From an uncultured Enterobacteriaceae bacterium (GTDB lineage Bacteria > Pseudomonadota > Gammaproteobacteria > Eutrophobiales > Eutrophobiaceae): DNA of 43,535 nucleotides. Location: positions 4,062 through 47,596 of the forward strand of contig CAZJED010000003.1 in NCBI GenBank assembly GCA_964544965.1, in the 5' to 3' direction. Positions 33,899 through 42,227 of this stretch are shown here, one piece after another. Below the pieces are notes generated by a model, which was not told where the DNA came from, did no database searches, and was given only the letters and a program-made list of their open reading frames with translations. The first letter of the stretch is position 1, and each line of letters opens with the position of its first letter. The position numbers were made by a program, and so were the translations under genes.

Positions 33899-34408
33899 CT
33901 ATTGAGATGCTCGAAGTATTGAAAATGAACTTGAAGTTGAAATTATTGTATTTGATGAACTATCAATAATACTAACGGTTACCGTGTGTGTGCCTCTATC
34001 CACATTTGTTAGCGAAACACTTTTACCGGTACCTTTAGATAACTCTTTTCCATTCATTGTTATCAGAATTCTGTGTCCGGAACGAAGAGAAGGTTCAGAA
34101 TTAACTGATATACTTACATTCCCTGTATTGCTTCTAATTGAAGACCCATCTGCAGGTTTTGACACAAATAACTTTTTATAGGAAAAATCTTCCGTATTCT
34201 TACCCCGACTTGCACTACCCGAGGAAGAGCTAGATGGTTTAACAGTTTCTGTTGTTTTTAGCTCTTTGAGTTTTATTTCTTCTGAATTTGTAGTCGGCCT
34301 ATCTGTGAAAATAATATTCCCATCTTCATCCACAGTCTTATATACCTCTCCAAAAAGAATAGGTAAATAAAAAATTAAAAACGCTAAAAATATTAATTTT
34401 AATTTCAT
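33899..34408 (-). CDS. Secreted DUF4124 domain protein
   Basis: 169 aa with a signal peptide, then the YKTVDEDGNIIFTDRP motif typical of DUF4124, a Ser-rich linker and a beta-rich C-terminal domain. Confidence 0.7.
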   Translation of the reverse strand: MKLKLIFLAFLIFYLPILFGEVYKTVDEDGNIIFTDRPTTNSEEIKLKELKTTETVKPSSSSSGSASRGKNTEDFSYKKLFVSKPADGSSIRSNTGNVSISVNSEPSLRSGHRILITMNGKELSKGTGKSVSLTNVDRGTHTVTVSIIDSSSNTIISTSSSFSILRASQ

Positions 34409-34468
34409 AAATTAACTACAAAGAATTATTTACACATACTTTAGATTACCATTATCTCGGTGTAGTTC

Positions 34469-34496
34469 AAAAAAAATCCCCCTAATAGAGGGGGAT
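34469..34496 (-). terminator. Rho-independent terminator of glnA
   Basis: The minus strand reads AUCCCCCU-CUAUU-AGGGGGAU followed by U8. It lies about 30 nt after the glnA stop. Confidence 0.75.
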
Positions 34497-34525
34497 TTCT
34501 CAAACATCAATATTAGCTATTAAAG

Positions 34526-35935
34526 TTATAAACTGTAATACATGTCGAATTCAATCGGATGAGTAGTCATGCGAAAACGGTTTACTTCTTCCATCTTAAG
34601 TTCGATATACCCATTAATCATATCATCAGTAAAGACACCGCCTGCAGTCAGAAAACTACGGTCTTTATCAAGTGCTTCGAGAGACATATCTAATGATGAT
34701 GAAACGGTTGGTATTCCTTTTTCTTCCTCAGAACTTATATCATATAAATCCTTTTCCATTGGTGCGCCTGGGTCAAGTTTATTTTGTATCCCATCAAGAC
34801 CGGCCATCATTAATGCTGCAAAAGTAAAATATGGATTGCCGCAAGAATCAGGAAAGCGAACTTCAATACGTCTTGCCTTTTCGTTAGAAACCCAAGGAAT
34901 ACGGCAAGAGGCAGAGCGGTTTCGTGCTGAATATGCTAATAAAGTTGGTGCCTCAAACCCCGGTTCTAAACGCTTATAACTATTAGTACTCGCATTTGCA
35001 AATGCATTTATAGCACGCGCATGTTTAAAAACACCGGCTATGTAATGTAATGCAGTATCTGAAAGGTTGCCGTACTTATCTCCTGCAAAAAGATTCTTAT
35101 CGCCTTTAACTAACGACTGGTGAACGTGCATGCCATTACCATTATCGCCTACCAGTGGTTTCGGCATAAATGTCGCCGTTTTACCATAACTATGTGCAAC
35201 ATTTTGTATAACGTATTTTAATATAAGTATCTCATCAGCCTTTCTGGTTAATGTCTTGCATGATGTTCCGATTTCAGCCTGCCCCGCTGTTGCAACTTCA
35301 TGATGATGCACTTCCACTGTAACTCCCATTTCTTCCAGAACTGTACACATTGCAGACCGGATGTTCTGACATGAATCAACTGGTGGTACTGGAAAATAAC
35401 CGCCTTTTACACCAGGCCTGTGGCCAATATTTTTATCTTCATCAATACGGTCACTATTCCAACAGCCTTCTTCCGAATCAACTTCATAAAATCCTGAATG
35501 TAATTCATCGCCCCAACGTACCTCATCAAAGATGAAAAATTCAGGCTCAGGACCAAAATATGCTGCATCGGCAATGCCAGTAGATTTCAGATAATCTTCA
35601 GCACGCTTTGAAATTGAACGTGGGTCACGCTCATACCCTTCCATTGTTGATGGTTCTAGCACATCACAACGAATATTTAATGTAGCATCATCAAAGAAAG
35701 GATCAATAACTGCGCTTTCTGTCTCTGGCGTTAGGATCATGTCTGATTCATTAATGTTCTTCCAACCGGCTATCGATGATCCGTCAAACATTTTTCCCTC
35801 TTTAAGCATTTCCTTGTCAACCACGCTGGCAGGAACCGTGACATGCTGCTCTTTCCCAATGGTATCGCAGAAACGAAGGTCAACGAATTTTACATCGTGT
35901 TCCTTTATTAGTTTCAGTACATTATCGGATGACAT
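34526..35935 (-). CDS. glnA: Glutamine synthetase type I
   Basis: 469 aa with GS-I signatures ([35 protein letters not shown]). The adenylylation-site Tyr context is KDLYDIS. Confidence 0.97.
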   Translation of the reverse strand: MSSDNVLKLIKEHDVKFVDLRFCDTIGKEQHVTVPASVVDKEMLKEGKMFDGSSIAGWKNINESDMILTPETESAVIDPFFDDATLNIRCDVLEPSTMEGYERDPRSISKRAEDYLKSTGIADAAYFGPEPEFFIFDEVRWGDELHSGFYEVDSEEGCWNSDRIDEDKNIGHRPGVKGGYFPVPPVDSCQNIRSAMCTVLEEMGVTVEVHHHEVATAGQAEIGTSCKTLTRKADEILILKYVIQNVAHSYGKTATFMPKPLVGDNGNGMHVHQSLVKGDKNLFAGDKYGNLSDTALHYIAGVFKHARAINAFANASTNSYKRLEPGFEAPTLLAYSARNRSASCRIPWVSNEKARRIEVRFPDSCGNPYFTFAALMMAGLDGIQNKLDPGAPMEKDLYDISSEEEKGIPTVSSSLDMSLEALDKDRSFLTAGGVFTDDMINGYIELKMEEVNRFRMTTHPIEFDMYYSL

Positions 35936-36002
35936 TCTTAACTCTCCTCTGTCTATTTTTTATTAATTAATTAGCGCAAATTTCTATTTTCGCTATTACA
36001 TA

Positions 36003-36018
36003 CGCAATTAATATGCCA
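36003..36018 (-). promoter_or_regulatory. Sigma-54-type -24/-12 promoter TGGCAT-N5-TTGCG upstream of glnA
   Basis: The minus strand reads TGGCATATTAATTGCG with canonical GG-N10-GC spacing. It lies ~70 nt upstream of the glnA ATG and ~100 nt downstream of the NtrC-type dyads. Confidence 0.6.
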
Positions 36019-36092
36019 TCATCAAATAAAATGTATATTCATAAAAATCAATGAGTTACTTAGACATAAATACTAGAAGAATCCCCATTTTT

Positions 36093-36127
36093 GTGCAAAA
36101 ATTCTATTTTTGCACTACATCTGTGCA
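36093..36127. promoter_or_regulatory. Overlapping dyads: GTGCAAAAAT-TCT-ATTTTTGCAC and NtrC-consensus-like TGCAC-N7-GTGCA
   Basis: 36093-36115 is a perfect 10+3+10 palindrome. 36111-36127 (TGCACTACATCTGTGCA) fits the enteric NtrC site architecture TGCACC-N5-GGTGCA. Both sit at an enhancer-like distance from the sigma-54 promoter at 36003-36018. Confidence 0.5.
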
Positions 36128-36132
36128 ATTAT

Positions 36133-36792
36133 CTAACAATTACTAATAACAAAATGTCGGTCTGAAACAGTCGAAACTTTCAGTGATTTAAGACCAGCAT
36201 GTCGCAATTGAGATAGTACTTCTTCGGTTGTGAATGCTGCTTTCAATGAATTTCTAAAATCCCTTTGTAATATTTTTGGCTCCTCTCTTGCATATTTATC
36301 TACCAAGTCTTCTACTTCATCTTTATTTTTAGGTCTTACTAAATCCATAATAAAAATTATTGGAGTACCTTTCGTTTTTTTAACTAATTCCCATAAAACC
36401 ATCGGATTATGTAAGTGATGCAATAAACTATTACTCATTACAATTGCATATTCTTTTTCCATTAGTGCTGCGTCTTGTATTGAACTATGAATAAGTTTAA
36501 TTCTGCTACGAAGGTTGGCCTTATTAACAGCTTTTTTTGCTTCATTAAGCATCGCAATTGACCCATCAACTGCATCAATACTAAAAGATGGATAGGTTTT
36601 TGCGAATCTTATCGCTATATCAGCGGTGCCGGTTCCAAGGTCAATAACATCTCCTGAAAATGTGATTTTTTTTTCTATTGAATACCTTAATAATTCTAAA
36701 AAATGATTATGTGGTTCTTCAAAATTAGCATTGGCATAAGCGATTGCTTGTTCCTTATCGCTCATTAATTCAGGTTCTATAACACGCTTCAT
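36133..36792 (-). CDS. Class I SAM-dependent methyltransferase, substrate unknown
   Basis: 219 aa with motif I VIDLGTGTADIA and an N-terminal EPELMSDKEQAIAY segment common in small-molecule/protein methyltransferase families. Confidence 0.75.
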   Translation of the reverse strand: MKRVIEPELMSDKEQAIAYANANFEEPHNHFLELLRYSIEKKITFSGDVIDLGTGTADIAIRFAKTYPSFSIDAVDGSIAMLNEAKKAVNKANLRSRIKLIHSSIQDAALMEKEYAIVMSNSLLHHLHNPMVLWELVKKTKGTPIIFIMDLVRPKNKDEVEDLVDKYAREEPKILQRDFRNSLKAAFTTEEVLSQLRHAGLKSLKVSTVSDRHFVISNC

Positions 36793-36813
36793 TATTTAAA
36801 AATTACATCGATT

Positions 36814-38058
36814 TTAAAATAATGATTCGCCATTGATTAAATCTTCTAATGTTTCCCTGCCACGAATCTCATAAGTCTCAATACCATCAACTAATATTTC
36901 AGCAGCGCGTGGTCTTGAATTGTAGTTTGATGACATACTAAAACCATAAGCGCCTGCTGAAAAAATAGCGAGTAAATCGCCCTCAGTTAATGGTAGCGTA
37001 CGGTTCTTGCCAACAAAATCGCCTGTTTCACAAATGGGACCAACAATATCATAAATCTTTTCTTTGACCTTCGAGTCTTTAATTACTCTTTTGATTTCAT
37101 GCCAACCATCATAAAGAGATGGCCGTATCAAATCGTTCATTGCTGCATCAACAACTGCAAAATTCTTAAAAGAATTTTGATTAAGATATTCGACTTCTGT
37201 AAGTAAGACACCTGCGTTGCCAATAATAGATCTGCCTGGCTCAATAATTATCTCGAGATCATGTTTGCTTGTAATATTGGTAATCGCGGTTACATATTGA
37301 TTTGGTGTTGGTGGTTTTTCGTCTTTATAAGTAATGCCTAAACCGCCCCCAATATCAACATGTTTGAGTTGAATCCCCGACTGTGTAAGTTCATTAATTA
37401 AGTCTAGTAGCTTTTGTAACGCATCCTGAAAGGGGCTTAACTCCGAAATTTGAGATCCAATATGGCAATCAATTCCAATCAAATTAATATTACTCATTTT
37501 TGCTGCCTGCTCAAAAGTATCCTTAGCTAATTCAAAAGAAATACCAAATTTATTTTCCTTTAAACCAGTTGCAATATAGGGATGTGTTTTAGCGTCAACA
37601 TCTGGATTTACACGTAATGATACCGGAGCAAGCACTTCCATACTTTCAGCAACCATATTTAATTTTACCAGCTCGCTTTTTGATTCTACATTAAAGCATT
37701 TTATGTTCTTCTCTAAAGCAAATTTCATTTCATCTACTCGTTTACCTACGCCAGAAAAAACTACTTTACTGGGATCGCCTCCAGCTTTCAGAACACGAAA
37801 TAATTCTCCTGAGGAAACAATATCAAAACCAGACCCCATGTTGGCCAAAATATTTAAAATAGAAATATTCGAATTTGCCTTTACGGCATAACAAAGCAAA
37901 TTATTCTCAGAATTAAAAGCTGAAATAAATTCTAAATATTTGGTCTCAATAGCCTTTTTTGAATAAACATAGCATGGCGTATTGTGTTGCTTCGCAATTT
38001 CAAGCAATGAAACGCCCTCGGCATGTAATTCACCGTCTTTATAGATAAAGTTAGACAT
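36814..38058 (-). CDS. lysA: Diaminopimelate decarboxylase
   Basis: 414 aa with the PLP-Lys context YAVKAN, the GGGLG loop and the C-terminal GAYGFSMSSNYN motif. Confidence 0.95.
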   Translation of the reverse strand: MSNFIYKDGELHAEGVSLLEIAKQHNTPCYVYSKKAIETKYLEFISAFNSENNLLCYAVKANSNISILNILANMGSGFDIVSSGELFRVLKAGGDPSKVVFSGVGKRVDEMKFALEKNIKCFNVESKSELVKLNMVAESMEVLAPVSLRVNPDVDAKTHPYIATGLKENKFGISFELAKDTFEQAAKMSNINLIGIDCHIGSQISELSPFQDALQKLLDLINELTQSGIQLKHVDIGGGLGITYKDEKPPTPNQYVTAITNITSKHDLEIIIEPGRSIIGNAGVLLTEVEYLNQNSFKNFAVVDAAMNDLIRPSLYDGWHEIKRVIKDSKVKEKIYDIVGPICETGDFVGKNRTLPLTEGDLLAIFSAGAYGFSMSSNYNSRPRAAEILVDGIETYEIRGRETLEDLINGESLF

Positions 38059-38063
38059 AAATT

Positions 38064-38210
38064 TTAATTAATATTTTGAAAATTTGATGCTGCTGTTTTG
38101 TCCTTATCTGGATGATAAAGTGGTCCCTTCTGCCCGCAGCTGGAGGCACAGAATAAAATGATAAATATTAACCCAACCTTTAAAAAATCAATTTTATAAG
38201 CTTTTTTCAC
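38064..38210 (-). CDS. lptM: Small lipoprotein of the LptM/YifL type (48 aa), not in the supplied ORF track
   Basis: The GTG start at 38210 is preceded by AGAGGG at 7-nt spacing. Translation: VKKAYKIDFLKVGLIFIILFCASSCGQKGPLYHPDKDKTAASNFQNIN. It has a signal sequence, a lipobox-like ASSC and the family hallmark CGxKGPLYxP. The stop lies 5 nt before the lysA ATG. Confidence 0.7.
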   Translation of the reverse strand: MKKAYKIDFLKVGLIFIILFCASSCGQKGPLYHPDKDKTAASNFQNIN

Positions 38211-38350
38211 TTTACTACCCTCTGATTGTTTTTTTGTCTATTCGTTCAGCATAACAAATTATTTGTTAGTAAAAAATGACTGGGGTTCATTTCATTTGGT
38301 AAATTACTATATCTGGCTTAAAACTTTATTCTAAATATGGGAACCAAATT

Positions 38351-39019
38351 ATGTTATTTAGGCAAAATAATGCGGTAATAATCGAACCTCAAGAGAGACA
38401 TAGAGCAAGCATTATTTGGTTGCATGGATTAGGTGCTAATGGTCATGATTTTGCGCCTATTGTATCTGAACTATATCTACCAAGTAGATTGGGGATTCGC
38501 TTTATATTTCCAAACGCACCAATCCGAAAAATAACAATTAACAATAATATGAAAATGCGTGGTTGGTATGATATCAAATCCTCTAATCTCCGAGAGATGG
38601 AGGACGTTGAATCAATCGTCAAATCTTCAAATTTAATTCATAGCTATATTGATGCTGAAATTAAAAAAGGCATTAGGTCAGATAAAATTATTGTTGCAGG
38701 ATTTTCTCAAGGAGGAGCTATTGCATTACACTCTGGGATGAGATACTCACCTAAACTAGCTGGAATACTTGCGCTTTCTTCATATCTTCCTCTGCCAGAA
38801 AATCTTGAAAAAGAAACTTCCGAGTGCAAAGAAATGCCTATCATAATGGCGCATGGAAAAGATGACAATATTATTCCGATTGAACAAGGTCGTTCATCTT
38901 ACCGAACTCTGATTGAAAATGGCTATAAAGTTGAATGGAGTGAATATACAATGCAGCACTCAATCTGCTCTGATGAAATCTTGATGATAAAAAAATGGAT
39001 TGAAAATCGATTATCTTAA
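38351..39019 (+). CDS. Alpha/beta hydrolase, phospholipase/carboxylesterase family
   Basis: 222 aa with the nucleophile elbow GFSQGGA and downstream Asp (HGKDDNIIP) and His (MQHS) contexts. Confidence 0.8.
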   Translation: MLFRQNNAVIIEPQERHRASIIWLHGLGANGHDFAPIVSELYLPSRLGIRFIFPNAPIRKITINNNMKMRGWYDIKSSNLREMEDVESIVKSSNLIHSYIDAEIKKGIRSDKIIVAGFSQGGAIALHSGMRYSPKLAGILALSSYLPLPENLEKETSECKEMPIIMAHGKDDNIIPIEQGRSSYRTLIENGYKVEWSEYTMQHSICSDEILMIKKWIENRLS

Positions 39020-40267
39020 ATTATTTTGTGACGATTTGTTTTGATTCTTAAGATGTTTTTTATTTTTTGAAGAATAAGATGGCCTCTTGTGATGTTTTCT
39101 TTTTATAGGTGGCAAAATTTTCTGTAATGACCCTTCTGGAATTGGGGATGTTGGGATCTGATATCCTATAAATGATTCGATTTCCATTAGTGAATACACA
39201 TAATCTTCACATGCAAAACTTACCGCATCGCCTGATGCACCTGCTCGCGCTGTTCTACCAATTCTATGAACATAGTCCTCAGCATTCTGAGGTAAATCAT
39301 AGTTAAAAACATGGCTGACATCGGATATATGTAAGCCACGTGCTGCAAGGTCTGTGGCAACTAACACTTTTAAATCCCCCGTAGAAAATTCACTAAATAA
39401 GCGTTGTCTTGTCTTTTGTGGTACATCTCCTGATAACACAGCCGCATGTATTTCATTTCCCTCAAGATAAGACCATACTTTCTCTGCAGTTTTTTTAGTA
39501 TTTACAAAAATAATTGTCCTTGTTGTCTTTATGCATTTTAACAAACTAATTAACAATGCCATCTTTTCCTCATTGGCAACATGGTATAAAGTTTGATTTA
39601 CATTATCTGCTGTAATTTTTTCTGGGTTTATTTTTATCAGCGCAGGATCATTCATATGTTCGTACGCCAATTCCATAACACGATATGATAATGTTGCTGA
39701 AAATAACATATTTAAACGCTTTTCTGGTTGTGGCATACGCCTTAGGATGTAACGAATATCACTGATAAAACCAAGATCAAACATTCTGTCAGCCTCATCT
39801 AAAACAACAACCTCAACACATTTAAAATTAAAAACGCCTTGTTTAAAATAATCAATCAAACGACCTGGTGTGCCGATCAATATGTCAACTCCGCTTATTA
39901 ATCTTTCTTGTTGCTTCTCGTAGTCAACTCCGCCATAAACAAGACCAATCTCGAGACCACAATAACGATTGAGTATTTCAGCATCTTTATGTATTTGTAT
40001 TGCAAGTTCACGAGTTGGAGCAATAATAATTGCACGTAAACTTTTGTTATTTTCTATTTTTTTTGTAATTAAGAAATGGATTGTAGATAGTAAAAAAGCT
40101 GCTGTTTTCCCTGTGCCTGTTTGAGCTTGTCCGGCTACATCGTGCCCTTCAAGAATCAAAGGTAAACATGCGGCTTGAACTGGGGTGCAATCTATAAACT
40201 CTATTTCATCCAAAATACGATGTAGATGTTTATGAAGCCCAAACTGCCTGAATTTAATAGTTTTCAT
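39011..40267 (-). CDS. rhlB: ATP-dependent RNA helicase RhlB
   Basis: DEAD-box motifs AQTGTGKT, PTRELA, VLDEADRM, SAT and HRIGRTARAG. It closely parallels E. coli RhlB (LNMLFSATLSYRV), has a basic C-terminal tail, and sits next to trxA-rho as in enterics. Confidence 0.9.
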   Translation of the reverse strand: MKTIKFRQFGLHKHLHRILDEIEFIDCTPVQAACLPLILEGHDVAGQAQTGTGKTAAFLLSTIHFLITKKIENNKSLRAIIIAPTRELAIQIHKDAEILNRYCGLEIGLVYGGVDYEKQQERLISGVDILIGTPGRLIDYFKQGVFNFKCVEVVVLDEADRMFDLGFISDIRYILRRMPQPEKRLNMLFSATLSYRVMELAYEHMNDPALIKINPEKITADNVNQTLYHVANEEKMALLISLLKCIKTTRTIIFVNTKKTAEKVWSYLEGNEIHAAVLSGDVPQKTRQRLFSEFSTGDLKVLVATDLAARGLHISDVSHVFNYDLPQNAEDYVHRIGRTARAGASGDAVSFACEDYVYSLMEIESFIGYQIPTSPIPEGSLQKILPPIKRKHHKRPSYSSKNKKHLKNQNKSSQNNLR

Positions 40268-40386
40268 ATATCATTTTTTTTAAATGCCTTGTAGTATTCT
40301 GGTAAGATATAAACCAAACTTGCAATTAATCTTCAATTTAGTTCAAATTACATACTCACACATGTTAGAAAGGAACTCAAAATATA

Positions 40387-40713
40387 ATGAGCAATAATAT
40401 ATTAAATGTTACAGATTCAAGCTTTGAAGATGAAGTTTTAAAATCAGAGCTGCCTGTAGTTTTAGATTTCTGGGCAGAATGGTGTGGGCCTTGCAAAAAT
40501 ATTGCCCCTATACTTGATAAATTAGCAAGCGAGTATAAAAATAAATTAACCGTCGCAAAAATAAATATAGATGAGAATCAAAAAACACCGGCATTATATG
40601 GTGTAAGAGGCATACCTACACTTGTCCTATTTAAAGGTGGTGAGGTTGTAGCTACAAATGTAGGACAAGCAACAAAATCCCAATTGGAGGCCTTTTTCGA
40701 CACGAATATTTAG
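40387..40713 (+). CDS. trxA: Thioredoxin 1
   Basis: 108 aa with the WAEWCGPCK active site. Confidence 0.97.
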   Translation: MSNNILNVTDSSFEDEVLKSELPVVLDFWAEWCGPCKNIAPILDKLASEYKNKLTVAKINIDENQKTPALYGVRGIPTLVLFKGGEVVATNVGQATKSQLEAFFDTNI

Positions 40714-40900
40714 CGATTTTTAAAAAAATTAACTGGACGAATAAGAAAACGCATGTTAACTTGGCGCTGAAATTCGTAGAACTTTTCAACTAAAACAATC
40801 AAATCCCTCAAAAAAGAGAATAGTATAAATCTCGTTTCGTTATAAAAAACAAAACCTATTTTTCAATAAACTAAATCAATAAAATGAAATTTTAATGCCT

Positions 40901-42157
40901 ATGAACCTAACAGAATTAAAACAAAAACCTGCGTCAGAACTCGTTTCACTCTCCTCAGACCTTGGCCTTGATAATCTAGCACGCTCTCGCAAACAAGATG
41001 TAATCTTTGAAATTTTAAAAGCTCACGCTAAAAAAGGTGAAGATATCCACGGAGATGGGGTATTAGAAATTCTTCAGGATGGATTTGGATTTTTGCGTTC
41101 AGCCGGGAGTTCGTATCTTGCTGGACCAGATGATATTTATGTTTCGCCTAGTCAAATTAGACGTTTTAATCTTAGAACAGGTGACAATATATCTGGGAAA
41201 ATTAGACCTCCAAAGGATGGTGAACGTTATTTTGCATTACTAAAAATTAATGAAATTAATTTTGAAACTCCAGATAAAGCTAAGGGAAAAATATTATTTG
41301 AAAATTTAACTCCTCTTTTTGCAGAAGAAAAATTAACGCTTGAACAAGGTAATGGAAGCACAGAAGACCTGACTCCTCGTATTATCGATCTTGCTGCACC
41401 AATAGGAAAAGGGCAGCGTGGTTTAATAGTTTCGCCGCCTAAAGCTGGTAAAACAATGATACTGCAAAGTATTGCTCAGTCGATTACTCACAATCATCCC
41501 GAGGTACACTTAATTGTTTTATTAATTGATGAACGACCCGAAGAAGTAACAGAGATGGAAAGGTCGGTTGGTGGAGAAGTTATTTCAAGCACCTTTGATG
41601 AGCCAGCAAGTAGACATGTTCAGGTTGCCGAAATGGTAATTGAACGTGCCAAACGTTTAACCGAACACAAAAAAGATGTTGTTATTTTGCTTGATTCCAT
41701 TACACGTTTAGCACGTGCTTATAACACAGTAATCCCAGCCTCAGGTAAAGTATTAACAGGAGGGGTTGATGCAAACGCCTTGCAAAGACCAAAACGTTTT
41801 TTTGGTGCAGCTCGTAATATTGAAGAGGGTGGTAGTTTAACTATTATCGCAACTGCCTTAGTAGACACAGGCTCCAGGATGGATGATGTGATATACGAAG
41901 AATTTAAAGGAACAGGTAATATGGAATTACACCTTGATCGAGTTATTGCCGAAAAGAGAATTTATCCAGCAATAAACATAAATCGTTCTGGTACCCGTCG
42001 CGAAGAAAAGTTAACGGGGGATCAGGATTTACAAAAAATTTGGATACTACGAAAATTGCTTCACCCAATGGAAGAACTCGCTGCAATGGAATTTATACTT
42101 GAACGTTTAAAAGCGACAAAAAATAATGCTGAGTTCTTTGACGCAATGAAAAGATAA
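40901..42157 (+). CDS. rho: Transcription termination factor Rho
   Basis: It is near-collinear with E. coli Rho from MNLTELK. Walker A is PPKAGKT. An ATG two codons upstream (40895) is an alternative start. Confidence 0.97.
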   Translation: MNLTELKQKPASELVSLSSDLGLDNLARSRKQDVIFEILKAHAKKGEDIHGDGVLEILQDGFGFLRSAGSSYLAGPDDIYVSPSQIRRFNLRTGDNISGKIRPPKDGERYFALLKINEINFETPDKAKGKILFENLTPLFAEEKLTLEQGNGSTEDLTPRIIDLAAPIGKGQRGLIVSPPKAGKTMILQSIAQSITHNHPEVHLIVLLIDERPEEVTEMERSVGGEVISSTFDEPASRHVQVAEMVIERAKRLTEHKKDVVILLDSITRLARAYNTVIPASGKVLTGGVDANALQRPKRFFGAARNIEEGGSLTIIATALVDTGSRMDDVIYEEFKGTGNMELHLDRVIAEKRIYPAININRSGTRREEKLTGDQDLQKIWILRKLLHPMEELAAMEFILERLKATKNNAEFFDAMKR

Positions 42158-42168
42158 TTTTTTAACCT

Positions 42169-42202
42169 AAAAAAAAACCCGCCATAAAGCGGGTTTTTTT
42201 TA
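42169..42202. terminator. Bidirectional rho-independent terminator between rho and groEL
   Basis: A8-CCCGC-CATAAA-GCGGG-T9. Flanking A and T runs make it functional in both directions. Confidence 0.8.
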
Positions 42203-42227
42203 TAATGAAGAGTCTTTTCTTCAGAAA

